A stretch of 64,000 bases of DNA from an uncultured Chlorobiaceae bacterium (GTDB taxonomy: Bacteria; Bacteroidota; Ignavibacteria; UBA10030; SZUA-254), in assembly GCA_964596065.1 (NCBI GenBank), contig CAZQSM010000002.1:10361-74360 (forward strand), read 5' to 3'. Shown in pieces: positions 19,289-29,052 of the stretch; the stretch's first letter is position 1, and every line of letters starts with the position of its first letter. The notes beneath the pieces are model-generated. The model was not told the DNA's origin, did not search any database, and saw only the letters and a list, made by a program, of their open reading frames with translations. The position numbers and the translations under genes are program-made.

Positions 19289-19319
19289 CGGTCGTTCACC
19301 CATATCATCGAGGAATCAG

Positions 19320-19739
19320 ATGCAGATCGGAATGCTGATACGGCTCCCCTTCGCGGCCACGTTCCTCTACCACGGGACTGGCAAACTTCTCACACCGGCC
19401 GCCTCGGCCGAAAGCCTGGGCATCCCGCTGGCCGTCACTCTCCTTGTCGGCGTCGCCGAAGTGCTCGCCGGGCTCGGCGCCGCGCTCAGCGGCCTGGAGG
19501 TTTTTCCGCGCCGGGAGCTCGTGGCGCGCCTCTCCGGGCTGGCGGCGGCCCCGGCCCTGGTCGGGGCGATCGTCATGGTGCACTGGCCCCGCTGGTCATT
19601 CACTCCGTCTCCGTCGCACCCGATCGGGGGAATGGAATTCCAGCTCCTCCTGCTGGGGGTGGCGCTCACCCTGGTCCTTTCGGGAAGGTCCGGGGATCGC
19701 GGGGCCGGGCCGGGGATGGGGGACCGCCGGCCGTCCTGA
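19320..19739 (+). CDS. DoxX-family membrane protein
   Basis: RLPFAATFLYHGTGKL ... four-TM topology typical of DoxX. Confidence 0.55.
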   Translation: MQIGMLIRLPFAATFLYHGTGKLLTPAASAESLGIPLAVTLLVGVAEVLAGLGAALSGLEVFPRRELVARLSGLAAAPALVGAIVMVHWPRWSFTPSPSHPIGGMEFQLLLLGVALTLVLSGRSGDRGAGPGMGDRRPS

Positions 19740-19804
19740 TTGCTTATCGGGACCGATTTCAATATTTTTCCAACCAAGGGGGGTTTCATTCTCAGGAGCG
19801 GGTG

Positions 19805-20134
19805 ATGGCTTACGACGAACTTGCGGCTGACCGCGTCCGTCTCGCCCTCAAGGGGCGGCGCGGCGTCACGGAAAAAAAGATGTTCGGCGGCCTGGCGTTC
19901 ATGCTCCGCGGCCACCTGTGCTGCGGCATCGTGGCGGACGAGCTGATGCTGAGGGTCGGGCCCGACCGGTACGGGGAACTGCTCGAAGCCCCGCACGTCC
20001 GGCCGATGGATTTCACCGGAAAACCGCTCAGGGGCTTCCTCTATATCGAGCCGAAGGGCTTCGCGACCGCCGCGGGCCTCGCCCGATGGATCGACATCGC
20101 GGCCGGTTTCGTCCGCACGCTTCCGGCGAAGTAG
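19805..20134 (+). CDS. TfoX N-terminal-domain protein
   Basis: KKMFGGLAFMLRGHLCCGIV...LMLRVGPD matches the TfoX_N (Sxy N-terminal) domain. AGGAG ribosome-binding site 6 nt upstream. Confidence 0.6.
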   Translation: MAYDELAADRVRLALKGRRGVTEKKMFGGLAFMLRGHLCCGIVADELMLRVGPDRYGELLEAPHVRPMDFTGKPLRGFLYIEPKGFATAAGLARWIDIAAGFVRTLPAK

Positions 20135-20172
20135 CCGTCCCCGAACGCTCCCACACTCCACGGAAGGATGAG

Positions 20173-20553
20173 ATGATCCACCTCCCGACAGACGAATTCG
20201 ACGAGATCGCCACCCGGGCCATCGACCGGATCCCGGAGGAGCTCAGGGGCTACCTGGAGAACATCGTCATTTCGGTCCAGCCCAGGCCGTCCGACGAACT
20301 CCTCGAAGAGATGGGTATGGACCCGGACGAGGACACCCTGCTCGGGCTCTACCAGGGCGTCGCCCTCACCGAACGGTCGGCGACCGATCCCCCGATGTAT
20401 CCCGACACGATCTTCCTCTTCCAGGAACCGATCGAGGAGATGTGCGACACGGTCGAGGAGATCGAGGAGGAGATCGAGATCACCGTGGTCCACGAGATCG
20501 CGCACTTTTTCGGGATCGACGAAGACCGGCTGGCCGAACTCGGGTACGATTGA
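20173..20553 (+). CDS. zincin-like metallopeptidase-family protein (Zincin_1-like)
   Basis: ATG at residue 86 of ORF 19918..; acidic protein with HEIAHFFGIDED HExxH motif near the C-terminus. Confidence 0.55.
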   Translation: MIHLPTDEFDEIATRAIDRIPEELRGYLENIVISVQPRPSDELLEEMGMDPDEDTLLGLYQGVALTERSATDPPMYPDTIFLFQEPIEEMCDTVEEIEEEIEITVVHEIAHFFGIDEDRLAELGYD

Positions 20554-21177
20554 ATGGGGGCGACGAAGGGTCCGAAGGGCGCGAAGGCCACGACGACGAT
20601 CTACGTCAGGGACATGGTCTGTCCGCGCTGCGTCAAGGTGGTCCGGGACGAGCTGTCCCGGCTCGGCCTCGACGTCCGGAGCGTCGCGCTCGGCGAGGTG
20701 GTGGTCGGGGGAGAGAGCGGCGCGCTGCCCCACGCGGAGATCCGCCGGGCGCTGGAGTCGAACGGTTTCGGCGTGGTCGAGGACAGGGGGGCCAGGGTGA
20801 TCGAGCGGATCAAGCACGCGGCGATCAGGCTCGCCCGCAACGACCACGACCGCCATCCGGTCAGGGAGAAGGATTCGGAGTTCATCGCCCGGGAGGTCGG
20901 CCTGGAGTATCACCATCTCACCACACTGTTCTCCAGGGTGGAAGGCATGACCATCGAACACTACCTCATCCTTCAGAAGGTGGAATACGTCAAGGAGCTC
21001 CTCAAATACGGGGAACTCACGCTGAGCGAAATCGCCTACCGGATGGGATACAGCAGCGTCGCCCACGCCTCCTCCCAGTTCAGGAAAATCACCGGGATGA
21101 CCCCCACCGCCTTCCGGTCGATGGGCGCCCGCCACCGGCACCCGATCGACCGTCCGGGCGACGCCACAATAGTGTAA
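20554..21177 (+). CDS. AraC-family transcriptional regulator with N-terminal HMA-like metal-binding domain
   Basis: N-terminal TIYVRDMVCPRCVKVV (MxCxxC ferredoxin-like HMA fold); C-terminal AraC HTH pair (LSEIAYRMGYSSVAHASSQFRKITGMTP). Lies immediately upstream of copZ-copA. Confidence 0.7.
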   Translation: MGATKGPKGAKATTTIYVRDMVCPRCVKVVRDELSRLGLDVRSVALGEVVVGGESGALPHAEIRRALESNGFGVVEDRGARVIERIKHAAIRLARNDHDRHPVREKDSEFIAREVGLEYHHLTTLFSRVEGMTIEHYLILQKVEYVKELLKYGELTLSEIAYRMGYSSVAHASSQFRKITGMTPTAFRSMGARHRHPIDRPGDATIV

Positions 21178-21258
21178 ACCTTTCCAACGATTCTGTAACG
21201 CTTCGTCCCGCCTTCCCCAGTATATTTCCGTCGACACCTGACTGAAAGGAGAGATCGC

Positions 21259-21480
21259 ATGAAACGGATCGAATTGAGCATCGAGGGGATGAGCTGCGGG
21301 CACTGCGTGGCGGCCGTGAGGCGGGAATTGCAGAAAATCCCCGGGGTCGCCGTGGAGGATGTCAGGATCGGCGGCGCGACAGTCGCGGTGGACGGGGCGA
21401 TCGCCGACGAAAAAATGCTCTCCGCCGCCATCGCCGCCGCCGGGTACGTCCTGGCCCGGGCGGTCCCGCGGGAGGGGTGA
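21259..21480 (+). CDS. copZ: heavy-metal-associated copper chaperone
   Basis: [12 protein letters not shown] MxCxxC motif; 73 aa; AAAGGAGAG ribosome-binding site upstream. Confidence 0.75.
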   Translation: MKRIELSIEGMSCGHCVAAVRRELQKIPGVAVEDVRIGGATVAVDGAIADEKMLSAAIAAAGYVLARAVPREG

Positions 21481-23693
21481 TGGAACGGAAGACCATCACG
21501 CTCCCCGTTTCGGGGATGACCTGCGCGAGCTGCGTGACACGCGTGGAGCAATCGGTGAAGAAGGTCGACGGGGTGGACGACGCGAGCGTCAACCTGGCCA
21601 CCGGGAAGGTGCGGTTCACCTACGACCCGTCGAAGACGAACCTGGACGCCATCGCGACGGCCGTCGAAGGGGCGGGGTACTCGCTGGAGACGGCGGCGGA
21701 GGCGGGCGGGGCCCGTAACCCGGTGTCCCCGCAGGACGACGCGTTCCGGAAGCTCAACAGGGATCTCATCCTGAGCGCAGTCCTGAGCGCGCCCGTGATG
21801 TTCGCGAGCATGGCGGCGATGACGGGATGGTTCGCCGCGACGGTCCCGATCGGGACCCGGACCCTCAACACGATACTGTTCCTTCTGACCACCGTGGTGC
21901 TGGCCGGGCCGGGGCGGCGCTTCTTCACCGTCGCCTGGCGGCTCGCCGGCCATTTCACCGCCGATATGAACACCCTCGTCGCGGTCGGGACCGGCACGGC
22001 GTACGCCTACAGTTCCGTCATCACCCTCTTCCCGGACGTGTCCGGCGCCGCGTCGGGGCACGTCTATTTCGACACCGCCGCGAGCATCGTCACGCTCATC
22101 CTCCTCGGGAGGACACTCGAATTCCGCGCGAAGCGCCGCACGTCGGACGCCATCCGGAAACTCGCGGCGCTCCGGCCGGTCAGCGCGCGGGTCGTCCGGG
22201 ACGGCCGCGAGGTGGACGTACCCGCGGGCGAGGTGAGGCCGGGGGACGTCGTCATCGCCAGGCCCGGCGAGCGGCTCGCGGTCGACGGCGTCGTCGAGGG
22301 CGGCGATTCCTCGATCGACGAATCGATGATCACGGGCGAGAGCGTCCCCGCCGACAAGAGAACGGGTGACAGGGTCACCGGCGGCACGGTCAACCTGACC
22401 GGCTCGCTGACATACCGGGCGACGGCGGTGGGCTCCGACACCGTCATCGCCGGCATCATCCGCATGGTGGAGGAGGCGCAGGGCTCGAAGGCGCCGATCC
22501 AGGCGCTCGCGGACAGGATCGCCGCGGTCTTCGTCCCGGTCGTGATCGTGGTCGCAGCGCTGACGTTCCTCGGCTGGATCACACTGGGCGGGGAGGGCTT
22601 CACGCCCGCGATGCTCAAGTTCATCGCGGTCCTGATCATCGCCTGCCCCTGCGCGCTGGGGCTCGCCACCCCCACGGCGATCATGGTCGGCACGGGCGCG
22701 GGCGCCGCGAAGGGGATACTCATCAGGAACGCGGAAAGCCTTGAACGCGCGCACAGGATCAGCGTGGTGGTGCTGGACAAGACCGGCACGCTGACCTCCG
22801 GGCGGCCTTCGGTCACGGGGCTCCTCCCCCTGGCCGGATACGACGGACCCTCCCTGCTCCGCCTCGCGTCGTCGGTCGAATCGCGCTCCGAGCACCCGCT
22901 CGGCGGGGCGGTGGTGGACCACGCGCGGGGCCTCGGCATCGCCCCGCTCCCCGTCGAATCGTTCCGGTCGCTGACCGGGCAGGGGGTAACGGGAGTCGTC
23001 GGCGGGGCCGCGGTGGCGGCGGGCAGTCCGGCACTGATGCGGGAGTTCGCCATCGACACCCGGGAGGCCGACGAGGCCGCGGCCCGGATGCGATCCGGCG
23101 GCCAGACACCGGTCTTCGTCGCGGTGAACGGGTCGCTGGCGGGAGTGGTCGCGGTCGCAGACACGATCAAACCGGGGTCGAGGGATGCGGTCGAAACGCT
23201 GCGCGCGATGAAGATCGAGGTCGTGATGATCACCGGGGACAACGAGCGGACGGCCCGGGCGATCGCGGGGCAGGCGGGGATCGACAGGGTCATCGCGGGC
23301 GTGATGCCGCGGGACAAGGCCGCCCGCATCGCGGAACTCCAGGAGGCGGGGGCGGTCGTGGCGATGGCGGGAGACGGCATCAACGACGCACCGGCGCTCG
23401 CGCGCGCGGACGTCGGCATCGCGATGGGTCAGGGCACCGACATCGCGATGGAAGCCGCGGACATCACGCTGATGGGCGGCGACCTCGCGGGCATCGCCGC
23501 GGCGATACGGTTGTCGAGGAAAACAATCGGCGCGATCAGGCAGAACCTCTTCTGGGCGTTCATTTACAACGTCGTCGGCATTCCCGTCGCCGCGCTCGGC
23601 CTCCTCAACCCGGTCTTTGCCGCCGCGGCGATGGCCCTCAGTTCGGTGAGCGTGGTGTCGAATTCGCTCCGGTTGAAACGCGCGGCGAGGTAA
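21480..23693 (+). CDS. copA: copper-translocating P1B-type ATPase
   Basis: N-terminal HMA (GMTCASCV), CPC transmembrane metal site ([13 protein letters not shown]), DKTGTLT phosphorylation motif, [10 protein letters not shown] hinge. Start overlaps the copZ stop. Confidence 0.9.
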   Translation: MERKTITLPVSGMTCASCVTRVEQSVKKVDGVDDASVNLATGKVRFTYDPSKTNLDAIATAVEGAGYSLETAAEAGGARNPVSPQDDAFRKLNRDLILSAVLSAPVMFASMAAMTGWFAATVPIGTRTLNTILFLLTTVVLAGPGRRFFTVAWRLAGHFTADMNTLVAVGTGTAYAYSSVITLFPDVSGAASGHVYFDTAASIVTLILLGRTLEFRAKRRTSDAIRKLAALRPVSARVVRDGREVDVPAGEVRPGDVVIARPGERLAVDGVVEGGDSSIDESMITGESVPADKRTGDRVTGGTVNLTGSLTYRATAVGSDTVIAGIIRMVEEAQGSKAPIQALADRIAAVFVPVVIVVAALTFLGWITLGGEGFTPAMLKFIAVLIIACPCALGLATPTAIMVGTGAGAAKGILIRNAESLERAHRISVVVLDKTGTLTSGRPSVTGLLPLAGYDGPSLLRLASSVESRSEHPLGGAVVDHARGLGIAPLPVESFRSLTGQGVTGVVGGAAVAAGSPALMREFAIDTREADEAAARMRSGGQTPVFVAVNGSLAGVVAVADTIKPGSRDAVETLRAMKIEVVMITGDNERTARAIAGQAGIDRVIAGVMPRDKAARIAELQEAGAVVAMAGDGINDAPALARADVGIAMGQGTDIAMEAADITLMGGDLAGIAAAIRLSRKTIGAIRQNLFWAFIYNVVGIPVAALGLLNPVFAAAAMALSSVSVVSNSLRLKRAAR

Positions 23694-23769
23694 GGGAGAC
23701 GCGGAGTGTTGCGCGGCCCGGACCCATCCGCTATATTGTCGGTCGGGAGAACCAGTCAAGGAGCAACGC

Positions 23770-24270
23770 ATGTCGACCGATAGCAGGCCGCAGATCGATC
23801 CCGGAGCCCGGATCGGCCACGTCCACCTCAGGGTGTCGGACCTCCGGCGTTCCCTCGGGTTTTACGAGGGGGTGCTCGGTTTCCGCGTGACGCAGCGGAT
23901 GGGGGAGGGCGCCGCGTTCCTCGCGGCCGGGGGTTATCACCACCACATCGGGCTCAACACGTGGGAGAGCGCCGGCGGAAAACCCCCCGCCCGCGGGACC
24001 ACGGGACTCTATCACATCGCGATCCTCTACCCCGACAGGGCGTCGCTGGCGGCGGCGCTGCGAAGGGTGATCGCGGAGGGCATCCCCCTCGACGGGGCGA
24101 GCGACCATGGCGTGAGCGAGGCGGTCTACCTGCGCGACCCGGACGGCAACGGCGTGGAGCTCTACCGCGACCGGCCGGAGGGCGAGTGGCCCCGGTCGGC
24201 CGACGGGTCGCTCAGGATGACGATCGGCCGCCTCGACCTCGACGCGCTCCTTTCGGAGCCTGCACGATGA
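23770..24270 (+). CDS. VOC-family protein (glyoxalase/extradiol-dioxygenase fold)
   Basis: IGHVHLRVSDLRRSLGFYEGVLGF ... HIAILYPD ... VYLRDPDGNGVELY. Confidence 0.6.
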   Translation: MSTDSRPQIDPGARIGHVHLRVSDLRRSLGFYEGVLGFRVTQRMGEGAAFLAAGGYHHHIGLNTWESAGGKPPARGTTGLYHIAILYPDRASLAAALRRVIAEGIPLDGASDHGVSEAVYLRDPDGNGVELYRDRPEGEWPRSADGSLRMTIGRLDLDALLSEPAR

Positions 24271-24300
24271 CCCCGGAGTCCCGGTGACGACGGCCGCACG

Positions 24301-26100
24301 ATGAGGGTGAACGGCGGGCGCTCCGGCCCGGGCGCATACGCGGTGGCGCTCGGGATGGCGGTCGCTCTCGGGGTGTCGCTGCGCCTCTACCTCCTGCCGT
24401 CGCAGATCCTGCTCGACGACGAATGGCACGGGCTCAACCAGGCGATCGGCGCCTCGTTTTCCGACCTTCTCGGGAGCGACGGCGCGAGGGACAACACCAG
24501 CCTGCCGCTCAATATCTACCATTGGATCCTGCTCCACACCGCCGGATGGACCGAACTCACCATCCGGCTGCCGGTGATCCTCGCCGGGCTCCTCGGCCTC
24601 GTCCTGCTGCCGGGCGCGGCGCGGAGGGCGCTCGGTGAACCGACGGCGCTGATATTCGCCTTCCTGCTGGCGATCGCCCCGTTCGCGATTTTTTACAGCC
24701 GGTTCTCGCGCGCCTACAGCATCGTCCTCCTCCTCGGTTTCCTGGCCCTTTTCTCGGCGCACCGGTGGCTCTCGACGGGGGACCGGCGCGCGGCGCGGGG
24801 ATTCCTTTCGACCGGCACGGTCGCCGCCTACTTCCATCCGTTCGCGGCGATCGTCGTCGTGGCGCCGTTCGCCCTCTATTACGTCCGGGCGATGGCCGGT
24901 CTCATCGGCCTGAAGGCGTGGAAGGGGATCCGGTTCGGGCCGGATCCGCGTGCCGTGCGGCGAACCGGTCTGATTCAGGCGGCGCTGCTCCTTCCCGCGA
25001 TCTGGTCCTGGGCTTCGGCGTCCCCGAATCTTCCCTGGGGGGAGGGGTCGTGGTCGTGGCCGGGGCTGGCGGACGCGCTCGGGCTGCTGGCCGGGTCCTC
25101 CAGTCCCTGGCTCGCCGTACCCTTCTACGGGTTCCTGTCGCTCGGCGGTGTCGCGCTGCGCCGGAAGGCTCCGCTGCTTGCCGGCATCTTCGGGACCGTG
25201 GTCGCGCTGTACATCGCGGCGCTGACCGCAAGCCGGCCCTTCGGGCTCGGGAACGGGGTGGTCGCCCTGCGATACGCCATCGTCCTCGTTCCGATCGGGC
25301 TCGTGTGCGTCGCGGCCGGGATCGACGCGATCCGGGGGCGATTAACGCCGTCCGGAAGCGGGACCCCGGCGACGGGAGCGGACCGGGCCCTCCCGCGTTT
25401 TCTCCGGCCCGGGGCCATCGCGCCGGCCCTCTTCGCCGCGATGATCCTCGCCCTCTTCCTGGGCGGACCGCTTCCCGCGATCTACGCCCCGCCCAATAAC
25501 TTTACGGGTCATTCCGCGTATCAGGGGTCATACGCCCCGCTCGATCCGGAACGCTCCGAGGCGCGGCACGTCTATCCCGGCCATCCGGTGACGGTGTGGG
25601 AAGTACCTGAATACTACCGCATCCTCCGGGGCCGGGGGGATATCGGGACGATCGTCGAATATCCGCTCGACGTGACAAATTACAACAACCTGTTCTATTT
25701 CTATCAACGGGTCCACGGGAAACGAGTCATCGCCGGATATTGCGCGGACGGGAGACTGCTCGGCCACAGGGCGGTACTTCCCCCGGGCGAAGAGGGGATG
25801 GGGCTTCGGCTCGGGATGCTGACCGCGGACCAGATCCTCTCGCACGCGGAGGACCGGCGAAGGCTGGAGTTCGCGAACATGGCCGATGTCACCGATCCGG
25901 CCGCGCTCCGCGCCTCGGGCGCGTCCGCGGTCATCCTCCATAAAACCGTCACGGCGCTCCGGTTCCTGCCGGGAGGCCACGGCACCGTCAGGGTCCGGTA
26001 CCGCTCGGTGCCGGTCATCGCCGGGCGGCTCGCCGCGGCGTTCGGGCCGCCCGTCTATGAAGACGAATCGATCATTTGTTTTGAGATGAAAAAACAGTAA
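24301..26100 (+). CDS. polytopic membrane protein, possibly GT-C glycosyltransferase (ArnT/PMT, GT39/GT83-like)
   Basis: About 11 TM helices in the N-terminal 400 aa followed by a soluble C-terminal domain, an architecture like GT-C transferases. No catalytic motif could be confirmed by eye. Confidence 0.35.
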   Translation: MRVNGGRSGPGAYAVALGMAVALGVSLRLYLLPSQILLDDEWHGLNQAIGASFSDLLGSDGARDNTSLPLNIYHWILLHTAGWTELTIRLPVILAGLLGLVLLPGAARRALGEPTALIFAFLLAIAPFAIFYSRFSRAYSIVLLLGFLALFSAHRWLSTGDRRAARGFLSTGTVAAYFHPFAAIVVVAPFALYYVRAMAGLIGLKAWKGIRFGPDPRAVRRTGLIQAALLLPAIWSWASASPNLPWGEGSWSWPGLADALGLLAGSSSPWLAVPFYGFLSLGGVALRRKAPLLAGIFGTVVALYIAALTASRPFGLGNGVVALRYAIVLVPIGLVCVAAGIDAIRGRLTPSGSGTPATGADRALPRFLRPGAIAPALFAAMILALFLGGPLPAIYAPPNNFTGHSAYQGSYAPLDPERSEARHVYPGHPVTVWEVPEYYRILRGRGDIGTIVEYPLDVTNYNNLFYFYQRVHGKRVIAGYCADGRLLGHRAVLPPGEEGMGLRLGMLTADQILSHAEDRRRLEFANMADVTDPAALRASGASAVILHKTVTALRFLPGGHGTVRVRYRSVPVIAGRLAAAFGPPVYEDESIICFEMKKQ

Positions 26101-26129
26101 CATCATCGTATCACTCATCGGAGGTCCCC

Positions 26130-26828
26130 ATGATCCACCCGGTCGCCGCGTTGTCGCTCCTCTCGTTCCTCACGCTCGTCCCCGGCATCTCCTCCCCGGT
26201 CGCGGGGCAAACATCCGGAACGCGGCCCCCCACGCAGCCGCCCCCTCCGCAATCCCCGGTCGAATATACCTGTCCGCCGTGCGGATGCCGCGGGGACGAC
26301 GCCACGCACAACAGTCCCGGCAACTGCCCAAATTGCGGGATGGAGATGATCGACAAATCGACGACCCTCACGATTTCCGGAATACCCAATTTTTCAAAAC
26401 CGAACGACAGCGTCTGGACGGGGGGACAGCCGACGCTGGCGCAGCTCGAAAAATTGAAGGAAGCGGGGGTGCGGACGGTCATCAACCTTCGCATGCCGGA
26501 AGAGCATGACGGTCATCTCGAAATGGCCCGGGTGAAGGAACTGGGCATGCGGTACGTCAACATCCCGGTCGATTACAGCAGGCCCGACACCGCCGACGTG
26601 ACCGCGTTCCTGCGCGCGACCGACACGACGTTGAACAAGGGCCGGGTGTTCATTCATTGCACGGCCGCGATCAGGGTCGGCGCGTTCTGGATGATCAGGC
26701 GGATCGTCCGCGACGGGGTGGAGGCGGCGCAGGCCCGTGAGGAAGCGAGGACCATCGGCCTCGGGAACCAGCAGTCGTGGGTCGATTTCGCGACGAAGAT
26801 GGCCGGCGCCGGATCGGGGAAACGCTGA
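26130..26828 (+). CDS. secreted heavy-metal-binding-domain (HMBD, YxCPxH/CPxCGM-type) protein fused to DUF442/PTP-like (sulfurtransferase-associated) domain
   Basis: Signal peptide; YTCPPCGCRGDDATHNSPGNCPNCGMEMI resembles the HMBD found in Cu-ATPases; C-terminal TVINLRMPEEH...VFIHCTAAIRVG matches DUF442 (CX4-5R). Confidence 0.5.
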   Translation: MIHPVAALSLLSFLTLVPGISSPVAGQTSGTRPPTQPPPPQSPVEYTCPPCGCRGDDATHNSPGNCPNCGMEMIDKSTTLTISGIPNFSKPNDSVWTGGQPTLAQLEKLKEAGVRTVINLRMPEEHDGHLEMARVKELGMRYVNIPVDYSRPDTADVTAFLRATDTTLNKGRVFIHCTAAIRVGAFWMIRRIVRDGVEAAQAREEARTIGLGNQQSWVDFATKMAGAGSGKR

Positions 26829-28028
26829 ATGAGGAATCCCGTCGCAGGGAGCACGCTCCTCGTCGCCTGGGCCCTGGCGCTGGCGGTCGAATGCCGGGGT
26901 CAGGACCCCGCGAGGGCCATCCCTTCCCCCGCCGCCGCCGGGAGCGCCCAGGCGTCGCTGGCGGTCGGGCCCGACGGCCGCGTCTACCTCAGCTGGATCG
27001 AGCCGGCGGGGGAGAAGCGTCACTCGCTGAAATTTTCGGTGCTCGCCGAATCGTCCTGGTCCGTGCCCCGGACGATCGCGTCGGGAACGGGGTGGTTCGT
27101 CAACTGGGCCGATTTCCCCGCGCTCGCGATCCTCGCCGACGGCTCCATGGCGGCCCACTGGCTGGAGCGGAGCGGGCCCGACGCGTACGCCTACGGCGTC
27201 CGGATCGCCCTCTCGGCGGACGGCGGAAAGAGCTGGTCGGCGCCGGTCACGCCGCACCACGACGGTACGCAGACCGAACACGGGTTCGTGTCGATGTTTC
27301 CGGCCCCGGACGGTTCGCTCGGCGCCGTCTGGCTCGACGGACGGGAGATGTCGGGCGGTGAGGAGGGGCACGGCCACGGGAACATGACGCTCCGGTACAC
27401 GACCATCGCCGCGGGAACGACCCCGGCGGACGGGGTGGTCCTCGACCCAAGGGTGTGCGAATGCTGCCAGACATCGGCAGCGCTGACGGCGGCGGGTCCG
27501 GTCGTGGCGTACCGCGACCGGGACGAAGCCGAGGTGCGCGACATTTCCGTCGTCCGGCTCGCGGGCGGCGCGTGGACTGCGCCCCAAACGGTCGCCGCGG
27601 ACGGGTGGAAGATCGAGGGGTGCCCGGTGAACGGGCCCGCCATCGCGGCGATCGACAGCAGCGTGGCGTTGGCCTGGTTCACGGCCGCCGGCGACACGCC
27701 GAGGGTCTCTCTGGTGTTTTCAGCCGACGCCGGGGCGACGTTCGGCCGCCCGATCCGGATCGACGACGGATCGCCGTCGGGACGGGTGGACGTGATCCTC
27801 CTCGGGGACGGGAGCGCCGTCGTGAGCTGGCTCGAGCGCGTGGCGGGGGCGGGGGAACTCCGGGCGAGGCGCGTCACGGCCGGGGGGACCCGGGCCGCCG
27901 CGACGACCATCGCCCCCTCCGGAACGGCGCGTTCGAGCGGTTTTCCCCGCATGGCGAGGTCGGGAAATGACGTCGTGTTCGCCTGGATCGGCGAGGGCGT
28001 CCTGACCGCGAAGCTCCGGGTGCCCTGA
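26829..28028 (+). CDS. secreted BNR-repeat (sialidase-fold) protein
   Basis: Signal peptide; SxDxGxxW-type BNR motifs (SADGGKSWS, SADAGATF); beta-propeller-like periodicity. Start overlaps the previous stop. Confidence 0.5.
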   Translation: MRNPVAGSTLLVAWALALAVECRGQDPARAIPSPAAAGSAQASLAVGPDGRVYLSWIEPAGEKRHSLKFSVLAESSWSVPRTIASGTGWFVNWADFPALAILADGSMAAHWLERSGPDAYAYGVRIALSADGGKSWSAPVTPHHDGTQTEHGFVSMFPAPDGSLGAVWLDGREMSGGEEGHGHGNMTLRYTTIAAGTTPADGVVLDPRVCECCQTSAALTAAGPVVAYRDRDEAEVRDISVVRLAGGAWTAPQTVAADGWKIEGCPVNGPAIAAIDSSVALAWFTAAGDTPRVSLVFSADAGATFGRPIRIDDGSPSGRVDVILLGDGSAVVSWLERVAGAGELRARRVTAGGTRAAATTIAPSGTARSSGFPRMARSGNDVVFAWIGEGVLTAKLRVP

Positions 28029-28122
28029 CCCTTTGCACACCGCGGAACGCAACTTCGCGGGTCGCCGGTTCGTATAGAGACCGTAGACCTGTTTCCGGCA
28101 ATCATTCGGGGAGGCACGCGCA

Positions 28123-28338
28123 ATGCGCGGATTCACCGCATTCATCGGCTTTTGCGTCCTCATGCTGCTCTGCTGGCCCCTCGCCCTGCTGGCGCTGATA
28201 CTCTATCCGATCGTCTGGATCCTGCTGCTCCCGTTCCGGCTGATCGGGATCACCGTGGACGCCGTCTTCGCGCTCCTGCGCGCCATCCTGATGCTGCCCG
28301 CCCGTCTCCTGGGCTGGAGGAAGGCGCCCGCCCGATGA
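28123..28338 (+). CDS. hypothetical small membrane protein (two TM helices)
   Basis: 71-aa ORF in an otherwise unannotated gap; strongly hydrophobic. Confidence 0.3.
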   Translation: MRGFTAFIGFCVLMLLCWPLALLALILYPIVWILLLPFRLIGITVDAVFALLRAILMLPARLLGWRKAPAR

Positions 28339-28402
28339 CGGAACTGAAGGCCATGCAACACCGCATCACTGACAATCCACATCCATCCGCGGAGAAACCA
28401 CG

Positions 28403-28978
28403 ATGAGCGACACGGAAAAAGCCCTTGCCACACAACTCGAAAACCTCCAGAAACGCTCGGGAAAGACGCTCGCGCAGCTCGAAAAAATCATCCGTTCGAG
28501 CGGGCTCACCAAACACGGCGAGATCCGGGACATGCTGAAGCGGGACCTCGGCATGGGACACGGCGACGCCAACACGCTGGTGCACGTCGTCCTGAAATCG
28601 GACGGGGCGGGCGCCGCGGCCGACTCGGGGCTCCCGGCCGGCGACGTGGTGGCGGGCTTCTACGCCGGGCCGAAGGCGGCCCTCAGGCCGATCCACGACC
28701 TGCTGATGAAGGAGATCTCCGGGTTCGGCGACTTCGAGGTCGCGCCGAAAAAAACCTACGTGAGCCTGCGGAGAAAAAAACAGTTCGCGATGATCGGGCC
28801 GGCCACGAAAACGCAGGTGGAGGTCGGCATCAACACGAAGGGACTCAAGGCGACGGGCCGGCTCGTGGAGAATCCCCCGAACAGCATGTGCCAGTACAGG
28901 GTGAGGATCTCCGACGTGAAGGAGGTGGACCCGACGCTCATCGGCTGGATCAGGCAGGCGTACGAAGGGGCGGGCTAG
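28403..28978 (+). CDS. DUF4287 + DUF5655 domain protein
   Basis: N-terminal KTLAQLEKIIRSSGLTKHGEIRDMLKRDLGMGHGDANTLV (DUF4287); C-terminal FEVAPKKTYVSLRRKKQFAMIGP (DUF5655). Confidence 0.5.
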   Translation: MSDTEKALATQLENLQKRSGKTLAQLEKIIRSSGLTKHGEIRDMLKRDLGMGHGDANTLVHVVLKSDGAGAAADSGLPAGDVVAGFYAGPKAALRPIHDLLMKEISGFGDFEVAPKKTYVSLRRKKQFAMIGPATKTQVEVGINTKGLKATGRLVENPPNSMCQYRVRISDVKEVDPTLIGWIRQAYEGAG

Positions 28979-29052
28979 TTCCCGCCCCGGATGGCAATTC
29001 TCCCCGAAATTCGTTAAATTCCTCCATATTCGTTCCCACACACCGGAATTTG

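Noticed and set aside
28888-29052. N-terminal 55-codon extension of hemN proposed by the ORF track.
   Set aside because: The extension overlaps the preceding gene and has no homology. The HemN alignment begins at the internal ATG (29053).
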